Assembly: GCA_019358935.1 (NCBI GenBank) | Contig: JAHHIK010000001.1 | Location: 1 to 64,000, forward strand | DNA from: Tolypothrix carrinoi HA7290-LM1 | Lineage (GTDB): Bacteria; Cyanobacteriota; Cyanobacteriia; Cyanobacteriales; Nostocaceae | Direction of reading: 5' to 3' | Length of the DNA: 64,000 bases | Shown here: positions 1 through 10,780 of the stretch, piece after piece | How positions within the stretch are numbered: position 1 is the first letter of the stretch | How the letters are laid out: each line of letters starts with the position of its first letter | The notes under the pieces: model-generated | Told to the model about the DNA's origin: nothing | Databases searched by the model: none | What the model saw: only the letters and a program-made list of their open reading frames with translations | Made by a program: the position numbers and the translations under genes

Positions 1-103
1 CCTTACTTATAGAAACCGTCGAAAAAGATTTAGTTTAAGGTTTAATCTGATTGCTGCTCTCTACAATTACGAGCTTTGTCTCCCCAAAATCAAATCTTCC
101 TGA

Positions 104-685
104 GTGACTTTTGCAAGAGGTCTATTGAAACAAAACCAAGTTTCTGAGTTTAACATCTGGATTGATCCGCTAGCAGCACAAAAGGTATTTTCCGCAGGAT
201 TACCAATATATCTAACTCCATTGGATGCGACTAACCAAATTGGGTTTAGTCGAGCAGATCAAGCAGCATGGAAAGCAACTGGTACTCCACAGAGCATTCT
301 GGCATCACAATTATTGGACTACGCTCTGACAAATATTTCTGGAAATGACCCCTTGATTCCCAACCCAGCCTGGGATTTGGTCGCAGCTATTAACCTGAGC
401 GAGCCATCATTTTGTCCGGAAACACCTCTGCACATAGAGGTGAATACGGATGGAAAACCAGAGGTCAACCAAGGTCAAACTGTTGCTATTCCTAATCTAC
501 CAGCGAATGTTAATGTTTGCTTAAATCCCAGTTTTGCTAACTTGCCATTTACGAGCGCAGAGCTATTCTCGGATAAGGCTAAACCCAAGCCTGTGCCAGA
601 AGCTAATTCAGAGCTAGGGTTGCTGGCTGCTGGTGCGGTGAGTGCTGTTTTGTTGCGAAAGCGTTCATCTAGGCAAACTGCCTAG
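104..685 (+). pseudogene. C-terminal half of a nucleoside hydrolase with PEP-CTERM-like sorting tail, 5'-truncated
   Basis: SEFNIWIDPLAA, PLDATNQ and WDLVAA motifs; VPE + hydrophobic + basic tail; in-frame stop just upstream and no N-terminal DxDxxxDD motif. Confidence 0.65.
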
Positions 686-1117
686 AAATTAATTAAATGA
701 CCTTGACAAAAAGGTTTGTATTTATGGGGAGAGGGTAATTTTTGAAGATTCAGGAGCGATCGCTCTGTGTTTGGGTTGATATATGCGATCGCTCAATACT
801 TGCAATTTGATGCAATAATAATACAAATCTTTTTAATTAAAGCTAAGAATAATTGACATAATTCTCAAAAATGGTAAAAATCCTAACTGGTGAAGAACTA
901 AACGAACTATTTTTAGAGGGTCTGCAAACTGGCACAGCAACGCTTTACAAAGACGATCGCCAAATTCTCTACAAAGGAAACAATCCACTTGCATATCTTA
1001 CATCTATGATTGGACAGTGTTACACAAGCAGATTATCGAGCGTAGCCAAATGCTTGGTTTAGGATTTATTCAGCTCTATATGATAGTATTCATTAAATTA
1101 AAAAAGACAAATCATTC

Positions 1118-1987
1118 ATGTACGTTGTTTTTGGAGTGCCGGGACAAACAGGCTCGACTGTTGCAAATACGCTGCTATTGAAAGGTATGTCCGTGCTTTG
1201 TTGTTGCTCGTGATGTAGCGAAAGTCAAGGGTTTTACGGTTCGCGGTGCCGAAGCCGTCGCCGCCGATATGTATGACGCAAATTCAATTGCCAAAGCACT
1301 TGAAGGTGCCCAAGTCGCTTATTTGATGAATCCTCCCGCCTACGACAAACCCGATATGTTTGCGGAAGCCGAAAAAATCGGAAAAAATTTGCAAGTAGCC
1401 GTGAAGCGTTCGGGCTTAAAACGGTTTGTCTTTTTATTGTCTGTTGGATCGCACTTGCCAAGTGGGACGGGAAACATTCTCACGACTCACTTACAAAGAA
1501 CAAATGATGAGTGAGACGGGCGTTTGGGTGACGTTCGTGCGTTGCGCGTGGTTTATGCAGAACTGGGCAGGTGTTGTCGCAACAGCCAAAGAACAAGGCG
1601 TATTGCCGAGTTTCTTAACGCCGCTTGAGCGTCAAATCCCGATGGTTTCCACTGCCGACATCGGGCGTGTGTGTGCAGAAGCAATGCTTGAAGATTGGAC
1701 GGGCAAACGAATTAAAGAGCTGCGCGGCGAAGATGTTTCGCCCAACGATGTAGCAGCAGCGTTTGCAACAGCGATCAGGCGCGATGTGCAAGCCGTTGAA
1801 ACTCCGCGCTCGGATTGGAAAAACAATAAGATTGCAGTTCAATTCACCAAAAAACGCTGACGCTTGGACCATCGATGATTGACGCTTTCTGTCTTCGGCT
1901 ACATGACCTTTGAAGGTGGTTCGATTGAACAAGTTAGAGGGGATGTAACGATGGTAGAAGCCGCCCATGAAATGGCTTTACGGTAAA
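1118..1987 (+). pseudogene. NmrA/NAD(P)H-binding family protein, frameshifted
   Basis: MYVVFGVPGQTGSTVA Rossmann start at 1118; the family-like sequence continues across ORFs 1269-1514 and 1426-1860 in different frames. Confidence 0.75.
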
Positions 1988-2005
1988 ATTTGACACAAAC
2001 ATTTT

Positions 2006-2362
2006 TTAGCTCGTTCTAACCTGCCTTAGAAACTCAATATTTAATTCTAGTTTCTCTCCCAGCCACAAAGAATGATCCGTATGGTCTGCCACATCATCGC
2101 CTGTATTAGGATGAATCAGAATATCCAACTTCTCATGATTAAGCATTAACCACGGAACAACCAGGCTAAATTGCTCTGGTGAAAATGCAACTTGATACAT
2201 CGCTTTTGGATGTGGTCCGATGGGCTTCTCATGCCAGCGTCCAAGCTGTACATCAAATCTAGCACCCAAAGAATCGCGTACACGCGCAGCCGCATCACGA
2301 CTTGCGGTATCGAAGTAGACATGAGCGTGAAAACTAGTAATTTCGGTGGTATCTTCTTTCAT
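2006..2362 (-). CDS. DOPA 4,5-dioxygenase family protein
   Basis: FHAHVYFD, PIGPHP and LIHPNTG...DH...WLG motifs. Confidence 0.9.
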   Translation of the reverse strand: MKEDTTEITSFHAHVYFDTASRDAAARVRDSLGARFDVQLGRWHEKPIGPHPKAMYQVAFSPEQFSLVVPWLMLNHEKLDILIHPNTGDDVADHTDHSLWLGEKLELNIEFLRQVRTS

Positions 2363-2378
2363 AGTGTTTGCAATGCTC

Positions 2379-2771
2379 CTACGTCTTAAATTGCTCGTCT
2401 ACTGGAATCTGATAGCCGTTGGCGAGGCGATTAGTCATGTTTGCGGTGGCGATAATTGCCATCACTTCTCCAAACATACCATCACTCATTCCTTTCCCAC
2501 GGGCTGCTGCCGTATGCGAGGCGATACAATACTCACAACCATTCGTCACGCTGACGGCAATGTAAATTAATTCGCGCATCAGTGGATCTATTTCCCCAGG
2601 ACTAGCCATTACTTCCTTCAGCGTTTCCCAGGTTCTTTGCAGGGTGGGGGGATGGTTGGCTAAAGCTTTCCAAAAGTTGTTAATGTAGTCTGTTTGCCGC
2701 GTGGCGCGGATATCGTCGTATACTGCACGCACTTCGTCGCTACTGTCTTCGTATTCTATCAAATTAGTCAT
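2379..2771 (-). CDS. Carboxymuconolactone decarboxylase/AhpD-family protein
   Basis: ELIYIAVSVTNGCEYCIASH CxxC motif. Confidence 0.9.
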   Translation of the reverse strand: MTNLIEYEDSSDEVRAVYDDIRATRQTDYINNFWKALANHPPTLQRTWETLKEVMASPGEIDPLMRELIYIAVSVTNGCEYCIASHTAAARGKGMSDGMFGEVMAIIATANMTNRLANGYQIPVDEQFKT

Positions 2772-2804
2772 CAGATTTTGGGTTTTAGATTCGGTAAAGT
2801 GATA

Positions 2805-3842
2805 TTAGGCGATCGCTTCCTTAATATCATCCACCAATTCATCGATCCTTGCCTGAGTTGTATTCCAAGAACACATAAACCGCACTCCTCCCACACCGAT
2901 AAATGTGTAAAACTGCCAATTCTTCTCTCTTAACCTTGTAATAACTTGTTCCGGTAACTTCACGAAAACAGCATTAACTTCTCTGTTAAACATCATTTCA
3001 ACGCCTTCTATTTTTAGCAATTGATTTTCTAAATATTCAGCACATTGATTTGCATGACGTGCATTCTTAAACCAAGCACCCGTTTCCAATAACCCAAGCC
3101 AAGGAGCGGAAATAAATCGCATTTTCGATGCAAGTTGTCCCGCTTGTTTACAACGATAGGCAAAATCTTCTGAAGTCGCTTTATTAAAGAAAATAATCGC
3201 TTCTCCTAACGCCATGCCATTTTTTGTCCCGCAAAAACACAACACATCTACCCCACTTTTCCAGCTAATTTCCGCAGGACTTTTATTCATCGCCACCACT
3301 GCATTCGCAAAACGAGCGCCATCCATATGAATCTTTAAATTATACTTTTGTGCGACTGACTTAATCGCAACTAGTTCATCAATTGAATATAAAGTTCCTA
3401 ATTCTGTCGCTTGAGTTAGACTAATTACTTTCGGTTTGGGATAGTGAATATCCGCCCGCTTATTTACAATTGCTTCTATAGCTTCCGGTGTTAACTTGCC
3501 ATTTTGCCCTTTAGCAAGTAGCAGCTTGGAACCATTAGAAGCAAATTCCGGCGCTCCACATTCATCAGTTTCGATATGGGCATTTTCATGGCAAATCACA
3601 CTATGGTATGATTGACATAAGGCAGCTAATGATAATGAATTTGCCGCAGTACCATTAAAGACAAAAAAGACTTCGCAATCAATTTCAAATAAGTCTCTAA
3701 AATAGTCTGTTGCTAACAAAGTCCATTCATCATTTCCATAAGCGGGAGCGCTACCTAGATTTGCCTTAATCATGTATTCCAATGCTTCCGGACAAATCCC
3801 AGAGTTGTTATCGCTAGCAAACTGCTCTAAATTACAATCCAT
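2805..3842 (-). CDS. ltaE: Low-specificity L-threonine aldolase
   Basis: FASDN, HMDGARFANA and GTKNG (PLP lysine) motifs. Confidence 0.88.
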   Translation of the reverse strand: MDCNLEQFASDNNSGICPEALEYMIKANLGSAPAYGNDEWTLLATDYFRDLFEIDCEVFFVFNGTAANSLSLAALCQSYHSVICHENAHIETDECGAPEFASNGSKLLLAKGQNGKLTPEAIEAIVNKRADIHYPKPKVISLTQATELGTLYSIDELVAIKSVAQKYNLKIHMDGARFANAVVAMNKSPAEISWKSGVDVLCFCGTKNGMALGEAIIFFNKATSEDFAYRCKQAGQLASKMRFISAPWLGLLETGAWFKNARHANQCAEYLENQLLKIEGVEMMFNREVNAVFVKLPEQVITRLREKNWQFYTFIGVGGVRFMCSWNTTQARIDELVDDIKEAIA

Positions 3843-4225
3843 GTGCTACTTATAGTTTTAAGCTTTCTGTAAAAGATTCTATGTTATACCATTTCACAAA
3901 AATCTTGGTACAAATCACTCCCCCTGCCTAAGAAAGCCTAAGAAAGCTTGCCAATATGTATCAGCCTTAAGGTGAAACGGTATTAGGGGGATGAAGTCTT
4001 ACCCAAATCGTGTTGAGACGTTTGTCACAAGATTTTAATAACTTATATTTATTGATATAATAAAAAAAAGTATTTGTTGTTATTATGTCAGCATAAATTG
4101 GAGTTATATGGTATTGGCGATCGCGTGCTAACCATGAAGAAAAAAGTAAATAGTCATACTAAAAGCAACAACCATCACTACTTTACGAATTAAGCGGGGT
4201 TCAAGTCTTTAGACTTCACCTGATT

Positions 4226-4949
4226 TTATACTAAGTTGTTGTTGATGTAAGCGTTTTCAGTAAACAAAGGTACGCAATCGCTAACATTAAAAGCTGCTGC
4301 TAATTCAACATCTAACTCAAAACCTTTGGCAATCAATTCTTTTCCAGAACTGCATTGTTTTAAATACGTTAATAAATCATGCTTGAATGCATGAAAAGCT
4401 ACTACAGCAGTTTCTGCTTCTGGTGATAAACTGCCATTTAAATAACTAAGAATTGCCCCAGCACCAATTAAATCTTCAAATGCTGGACGTAGGGTGTTAT
4501 CTTCCCACTTTTCACCTGCGGGAATTACTGCAATTCGAGATCCATATTTTTGAGCAAATTTTGCCACAGCTTCACTATTTCGCAAACAACCAGCGATGGT
4601 GGGAGTCTTAAGAGTCAGCAACGTCAGAGAGGAACCGTTAGGAGATGGTATAACCAGCTTAGTTCCCGCAGGAATTTTAGTTAAAGATGCAGGAGAAAGC
4701 GAATAACCGTCTTTGAATAAACGACAAGATTGATAATTCTGCTTGTACAGACTGTGCATAGTCAAGCGCAGACTCATCTCTCCATTGGTAGGGATAAATG
4801 ATTGCACCATTGTTTGTAGCAATTTCTGTTGAAGTTGAGAAAGATAGAACATCAACTAGAACAATGACATCGCTAATAGGTGCGAGTTCAGAAACTCCTT
4901 TTGCACCCCATTCGCAGCGTAGGTTAAATTCTTCTTGGTCAAAAATCAT
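4226..4949 (-). pseudogene. 2-phosphosulfolactate phosphatase (ComB-like), frameshifted
   Basis: N-terminal VDVLSFST in ORF 4677-4949; SPNGS and EDLIGAGAI in the other-frame ORF 4226-4855. Confidence 0.8.
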
Positions 4950-4959
4950 TTTTTCTAAT

Positions 4960-5265
4960 TGTGAATTTTTCTGCTATTTCTATCCGATTTCCACTACCGA
5001 TCGCGTAAAAAGAAGCGATCGCGTCCTGGTATTGGTCGTTGATCGAGAATAATTTCCACACCATACGCTTGTAAATATTTCTGAAAAGCCTGTAAATCAC
5101 TTACTAAGTAACAAATATGTCGTCTAGATACTGCATTATCCGGGTTTTTCTCAATACTAATATGAAGAGCGAATATTTCCCAGAACATACCGCACCTGAT
5201 TCGCTTTGATTGTCTCAGGTTTAGGAATTTCAGTGAGTCTCAAAACTTTGCCGTAGAAAACCTGA
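4960..5265 (-). pseudogene. VOC/glyoxalase family fragment
   Basis: HICYLV...PIPGRDRFFLRD followed by a frameshift; upstream FYGKVLRLTEIPKP in another frame. Boundaries approximate. Confidence 0.6.
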
Positions 5266-5531
5266 GCAAGTATTAGATTTTCTGAAGTTTAGATAAGCAT
5301 AAATAAGGTAAGTTTAATTTTATCTGATGAAAAACCAGGATACACCAATAGCTATTTTTTCGCGCTTTACGGATGGTCAATTGAAGAAGTCGGGAATCTG
5401 ACAACCTTTTACGCTACTCATTTTTATAATATACAAGAAATTGATAGACATACCGTTGTATAATACCTAGAGACAGAAAAATCCTAACTGTTTGCAAAGA
5501 TGACCAACACAGCGACAGTAAAGTAAAGAAT

Positions 5532-6512
5532 ATGAAATACGTTAATCTTGGCAAAACCGGACTGAAAGTATCGCGCCTGTCTCTTGGTACAATGACTTAT
5601 GGCTCTCGCAAATGGCGAGAATGGATACTAGAAGAAGAAGAAAGTCGCCCATTTATCAAACTTGCTTTGGAGTTGGGGATTAATTTCTTTGATACCGCTG
5701 ATGTTTACTCTTTGGGTGTTAGTGAAGAAATATTAGGGCGATCGCTCAAAGATTTTGCTAAAAGAGATCAAGTCATCATTGCTACCAAAGTTTACAGCCA
5801 AATGGGTGATGGTCCCAATGATCGCGGACTATCTCGCAAACATATTTTTGATAGCATTGATGCCTCATTACAACGACTACAGACAGATTACGTAGATTTG
5901 TACCAAATTCACCGTTGGGACAACTCTACACCGATTGAGGAAACTCTAGAAGCACTGCATGATGTCATCAAATCGGGTAAGGTACGTTACATTGGTGCAT
6001 CGAGTATGTACGCATGGCAGTTTGCCAAAGCCCTTTACACAGCAGACAAACACGGCTGGACGCGCTTTGTTTGCATGCAAAATCACTACAACCTAGTTTA
6101 TCGGGAAGAAGAACGAGAAGTAATACCCTTATCTCGCGCTGAGGGAATTGGGATAATTCCTTGGAGTCCCCTTGCACGAGGCTTTTTAGCTGGAAATCGG
6201 CAAAAGCAAAGCTACGGTGAGACTCTACGGGCGAAAACCGATGATTTTGCCCATAATCTTTACTATCAAGAGTCAGATTTTCAAATAGTCGATCGCGTTG
6301 TAGACTTAGCTAAACAACGTTCAGTTACTCCAACACAGATTGCTCTAGCTTGGCTGTTGCACCAACCGGGTGTAACCGCTCCCATCATTGGTGCTAGCAA
6401 GATAGAACATCTCAAAGATGCAGTAGAGGCTGTAGATTTGGAACTTTCTTCAGACGAGCGGAAGTTGCTTGAGGAACCTTACAAACCTCACCCCATCTTA
6501 GGGCATCGCTAG
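5532..6512 (+). CDS. Aldo/keto reductase
   Basis: FFDTADVY, ATKV, DLYQIHRWD and PWSPLARG motifs. Confidence 0.95.
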   Translation: MKYVNLGKTGLKVSRLSLGTMTYGSRKWREWILEEEESRPFIKLALELGINFFDTADVYSLGVSEEILGRSLKDFAKRDQVIIATKVYSQMGDGPNDRGLSRKHIFDSIDASLQRLQTDYVDLYQIHRWDNSTPIEETLEALHDVIKSGKVRYIGASSMYAWQFAKALYTADKHGWTRFVCMQNHYNLVYREEEREVIPLSRAEGIGIIPWSPLARGFLAGNRQKQSYGETLRAKTDDFAHNLYYQESDFQIVDRVVDLAKQRSVTPTQIALAWLLHQPGVTAPIIGASKIEHLKDAVEAVDLELSSDERKLLEEPYKPHPILGHR

Positions 6513-6793
6513 AACATGAGTAATTTGTAGTGAGATAAAAACATTTGTAGTGCGATGGGCGAACGCGAGTGCGTCTCAAAGAGAAGCCCCTGAGGAGGCG
6601 ATCGCATAACTTGAGTAGTTTGTGGCATTGTTTCAATTAATGCCCGTAGCACCTTGTTCACAGACTCTGGTGTGGTGAAGACTTGAGCAACATCTTCATC
6701 TAGTACAACAACCGTCATTTTCCGCTTTCCACTTTTGCCAGCAAAGCGATTGGGTTTTGCCGAATGGTAATCCAAGTGGTATTCAGGCAACAT
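6509..6793 (-). CDS. BrnA-like antitoxin, possibly degenerate
   Basis: MLPEYHLDY..AKPNRFA...VVLDEDVAQVF..ESVNKVLRALI; lies downstream of a BrnT-like gene. Confidence 0.6.
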   Translation of the reverse strand: MLPEYHLDYHSAKPNRFAGKSGKRKMTVVVLDEDVAQVFTTPESVNKVLRALIETMPQTTQVMRSPPQGLLFETHSRSPIALQMFLSHYKLLMF

Positions 6794-6823
6794 TTCATCG
6801 TTTGAGGAAGGGAGATTTATCGT

Positions 6824-7100
6824 TCATGCGTTTTGTTCATAGTCTTCACGTTCCCTTCGAGTGGCTAAACGGGCACTGATGATACGGATTCAGCGGTTGA
6901 CGTTCAGTAAAACAGACCAGCAGCAACCGATTACTTTGAGAATGACCAATAATAATTTCTCGTTGCTCGTCAATCGAATGAGCTTCATCATCAAAAATAA
7001 GTGCTAGCGGATTGTCAAAGACAGTTTTGGCATCTTCAAAGCTAACACCGTGCTTTTTGAGGTTAGTTGCTGCTTTGGTTTCATCCCACTCAAACTTGAT
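6824..7100 (-). pseudogene. BrnT family toxin, frameshifted
   Basis: KFEWDETKAATNLKKHGVSFEDA translated manually; the IRIISARLATRRE tail is in another frame. Confidence 0.75.
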
Positions 7101-7172
7101 GTACTAATCATATCTGATTCGGTGCGATCGCATGTGATGAAAAGCAACAAATTTAAACTAAACCTGTTGTTC

Positions 7173-7469
7173 TTATTCCATTGACGTAAGATGAATCTCT
7201 ACTCGTTTATTGAGGGCACTAGCAATTTTTTGTAGCATTGAAAGAGAATGTCCTTCATAATCAGCATCTTCGAGTCTGGCAATGACAGGTTGTTTTGTAC
7301 CTATTAAATCAGCAAGTTCCTTTTGTGTTAATCCTGCTTTTATTCTTGCTTCATAAATAAGTTGCGCTACTTCTGCATTTATGGAAGCTACTGCTACCAT
7401 CTCCTGAATTTCCGGGTCATTGTGATTCATTTTGTCGATGATTTTTATAGCATCGTTAGTTTTCGCCAT
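7173..7469 (-). CDS. HigA-like XRE HTH antitoxin
   Basis: ARIKAGLTQKELADLIGTKQPVIARLE helix-turn-helix. Confidence 0.85.
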   Translation of the reverse strand: MAKTNDAIKIIDKMNHNDPEIQEMVAVASINAEVAQLIYEARIKAGLTQKELADLIGTKQPVIARLEDADYEGHSLSMLQKIASALNKRVEIHLTSME

Positions 7470-7855
7470 TTTCTTCTTCCTCTATGTAGATATGAGCGTC
7501 TGGATTTTCTACAAACAATTTTCTTCGCTAAGAGTGCCCGTTCAATATCAATATTTGGTACTGCTGATTCTTCTTTAGTAATAGCATGGGCAATAATTGC
7601 GATGTTTTGCCCATGAAAAAAGTATAAAATGCGATATTGTACGCGAATATGCTTTGCTCGCAGTTCGTAAATATCATCCCGTAGATAATCTGCTGCTGGA
7701 CGACGAAGTTCGTAACCATTCGCTGCAAGTAGTTTGATTTTAGCAACACAGTTAGCGTATCCTTTCCGGTTTTCCTTTAGAAGTTGTTTGAGCCATTCCA
7801 GAACGGGAACTTCTCCATCCTCATCTTTGTAGAAAATAATTTGTGTTTCTGGCAC
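7445..7855 (-). CDS. RelE/HigB (Gp49-like) toxin, possible C-terminal frameshift
   Basis: LRRPAADYLRDDIYELRAK...YRILYFF; toxin-first arrangement with the HTH gene. Confidence 0.8.
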   Translation of the reverse strand: MPETQIIFYKDEDGEVPVLEWLKQLLKENRKGYANCVAKIKLLAANGYELRRPAADYLRDDIYELRAKHIRVQYRILYFFHGQNIAIIAHAITKEESAVPNIDIERALLAKKIVCRKSRRSYLHRGRRKWRKLTML

Positions 7856-8185
7856 TGCACCGCCTCAAATATATCAATATTGTTATATTAGGTCAAGGTT
7901 GCAGCTAACTTAAATCGCATTACATGAGTTGGGAGGAAGTGCGATCGCGAAGTGACTCTGAAAGAGTATCGCTCTTTTCCTCCGAAGTACTAAAGGGGAA
8001 TTTCCAGCGATGAGATGCGGTGTTAAAACTTTTGGGTGTTGGGTTTTGCTTTACTCTATCCAGCCTAAAGTCTGGCTTACATTAATCCAACTAGTTGCTA
8101 CAATGTACTTATTTTACGTGAATATATTGTTAAACATAGCTAAACTACTTGTACTCACGTAGCAATTGTGTTGGAAAGTTGATTT

Positions 8186-9544
8186 ATGGAAATTAGAAAA
8201 AAGCTTGACGATCTGATTGATTCACTTAACGCTATTCACCCATTATCTTTAGACAGTGAAAATTTTGAGTATCTTGATGATAAATCAGATTATGAATTTG
8301 GTTGTGACTTAGGCAAGCGCTTAGGTGATGAGGAGTATCTACCAACGTTAGAGCAAGCAATTAAGATTTATAATACTGGACGTATTAGTAAATTAAGTGC
8401 CGATATGGAAACATTGATCTATGTCTGTACAAATACTTTACAAGAAAGTACCCCTGGGGTTAATTTTTCAGTGAAGAGTTTCGAGATTCATGTTCGTGTA
8501 TCTGCACGTATAGCTGCTTATTATGCTGTCATCCAACTATATTTACGTCACCCTAGCATAACTTCAGAGAAAATCATAGCGAAGCTTGGACAAGAATTCT
8601 ATGATTCACTGATGAAAGCTATTGGAAGTGCTTTAAGTTTAAAATACGTTCAACAATACATCCATGCCTGGAATATCCTAAATTGGATTGAAGAGACAGC
8701 AAAAAAAGTCGAAGATAAAGTCAGTTTTTCTGTACTTAAGGATGCAAATAAAATTAATCGCATAATTGATATTGCCAAGTGTGAGCAATTTGAAATTAAA
8801 GCAGCACTTGCTATCGCAGGAAAATACGAAAAAGAATTTAAGACTTTGGGAGAATTGCAATATACCATTGATACCATTAATGCTGAGATTGCACAGGCTG
8901 AGAAAGACTATAACCTTAATAAAGCCGCAGAACTGAAGTATGGTAAATTAACTGATTTACAAAGAAGATTGGTGATTTATGGGGATGAATTAAAAATTAA
9001 AGTTACTCAATATCTTACTGAATTCGCTTTAAAACAGACTCATGATTTGCAGTATTCGGAATGTTTGATAAATATAAAGAAAACAGAGGGTTTAGAAAGT
9101 GTAAATGAGCTAGAAAAAGCTAAAAATAAGAAATCAGAGCTTATACTTCCTAATATCGAGTCAGTGGGAGCTCCAAAATCTGAAGCTCAAAAGAAAATTT
9201 TACAACCGGAAAATATGTTTATAGATTTACAGCAGTATCTTTCAGGCTTGTGCGATGTTCCTTTAGACAAGATCACGCTTGAATCGACAGTATTTTTAGG
9301 AGACTCTCCTAGTTTTAAACCTATCAGTTCAGGCTCTTGGGGTAGTTTATCTTCCAGTGAATATTCGGAAAGATATGATGCTCCTGATAATTCATTAGGA
9401 ATGGATATTTTAGATGGGGCAGAACTGATGATATTTATTAATGAGGAATTTGATATTGATATTCCTTCTGGCGATTACGACAAAATCGTAACGATAGAAG
9501 AGCTTATAAATATAATTCTTAAGCTTCGATGCGATGGCAATTAA
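8186..9544 (+). CDS. Hypothetical protein with a ClpB M-domain-like segment and a C-terminal ACP-like domain
   Basis: EIAQAEKDYNLNKAAELKYGKL and LGMDILDGAELMIFINEEFDIDIP segments. Confidence 0.6.
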   Translation: MEIRKKLDDLIDSLNAIHPLSLDSENFEYLDDKSDYEFGCDLGKRLGDEEYLPTLEQAIKIYNTGRISKLSADMETLIYVCTNTLQESTPGVNFSVKSFEIHVRVSARIAAYYAVIQLYLRHPSITSEKIIAKLGQEFYDSLMKAIGSALSLKYVQQYIHAWNILNWIEETAKKVEDKVSFSVLKDANKINRIIDIAKCEQFEIKAALAIAGKYEKEFKTLGELQYTIDTINAEIAQAEKDYNLNKAAELKYGKLTDLQRRLVIYGDELKIKVTQYLTEFALKQTHDLQYSECLINIKKTEGLESVNELEKAKNKKSELILPNIESVGAPKSEAQKKILQPENMFIDLQQYLSGLCDVPLDKITLESTVFLGDSPSFKPISSGSWGSLSSSEYSERYDAPDNSLGMDILDGAELMIFINEEFDIDIPSGDYDKIVTIEELINIILKLRCDGN

Positions 9545-9619
9545 TATTTTATTAAATTTTTAAGTTACGTTGAACTAAGTCAAACCTTAAAGTCAATATT
9601 ATCATCGTACATTGACTCC

Positions 9620-10021
9620 AATGATTTACTCATAATGAGTCCACATACTTAAGACTTTCACTACCCTTTCTTCTTCAAGCACTTCATATACAACTAGCAA
9701 GTAAACGGTAAAACCATTCCTTGCATTCTCTAGCTTCTCCTCTATTGCTAGGTGATGAGACTAAACCCAATACCCCTGTATCTAGAAAAACAATCATTCT
9801 TGAGAGTAAATTTTCTGTCCTGGCAATCGTTCATTATCAACTATTTTTTTGAAATAATCAAAATATTTTTCTCTTTGAATTGACTCTTATTCTGAGATTT
9901 CTTCTTTTATCCATCTGCTTAACATTTCCATAGCAGCGTGATTTTTTTGTAATTGTTCTTCTGGTGTGTGTCCCATATGCGGCAAAAATGGTGTCAAATA
10001 ATGCTTACCTGTTACTGTCAT
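9620..10021 (-). pseudogene. Decayed antitoxin plus PIN-domain toxin pair
   Basis: The upstream small gene has an internal stop at 9887; the downstream MIVFLDTGVLGLVSSP... is truncated by stops. Confidence 0.6.
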
Positions 10022-10139
10022 AGTTTCTCCTAAAAATAAACTTTTCTGAGGGCTTAAACATATACAGTGTATTTTCATTGCGTAGGTTGGCGTGGCGTTT
10101 GACGTAAGGAAACCCAACAATATCTTCTCCAACAATTTG

Positions 10140-10418
10140 TTAGGCGGTTTTCTTATCCCCACCACTTTCAATATGACGACGTAAAACCGAATTAATCAGG
10201 GTTTTATATTCTCGACTGTGCGCTTGAAACCAAGCCATCACATCTGGGTCAAGCTGCACTAGATTTTTTGCTTGAGCAGCCGGAACCCTTAACACAGCCT
10301 TATCAAAAAATTCGTCTATCAAGGGTGGAATATCAGAATAGTCAATATCATCATCTGACATTGACTTCTTAGCTTCCCAATTAGTACGAGAGGTATTCCT
10401 CAAATTGTTGTCGCTCAT
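10140..10418 (-). CDS. BrnA antitoxin family protein
   Basis: DIDYSDIPPL and LDPDVMAWF...YKTLINSVLR motifs. Confidence 0.85.
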   Translation of the reverse strand: MSDNNLRNTSRTNWEAKKSMSDDDIDYSDIPPLIDEFFDKAVLRVPAAQAKNLVQLDPDVMAWFQAHSREYKTLINSVLRRHIESGGDKKTA

Positions 10419-10420
10419 AT

Positions 10421-10663
10421 TTATTTGCTCTTCGTGCGCTCGTTAATTCGGATGACATCACCCTGTCGTTCTGTCCAAATAACCACTGCTACACCGTTTC
10501 TTAAAAAGCCGATTCCGATCCAACGGTCTTCACCATAGTCAAAACGATTATCTAGCGAAATCAACATTGAACCGTCAAACATTGTGGGAACATCCGCGAA
10601 ATCAATTTTATGTTTACGAATATTTTCGAGGTTTTTCGCTTCGTCCCACTCAAACTGCATCAA
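10421..10663 (-). CDS. BrnT family toxin, C-terminus appears shortened
   Basis: FEWDEAKNLENIRKHKIDFAD and DYGEDRWIGIG; lacks the usual ISARKA motif. Confidence 0.8.
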   Translation of the reverse strand: MMQFEWDEAKNLENIRKHKIDFADVPTMFDGSMLISLDNRFDYGEDRWIGIGFLRNGVAVVIWTERQGDVIRINERTKSK

Positions 10664-10780
10664 GGTTAAGCAATGCCAATCAGGCTACTAGTTTATTATC
10701 GCGCATTCAGAACCCCAAAACAATCTTACAACTTCCATTGGTTGTAGGTTGGGTTAAACGACATTGAAACCTAAAACTAA

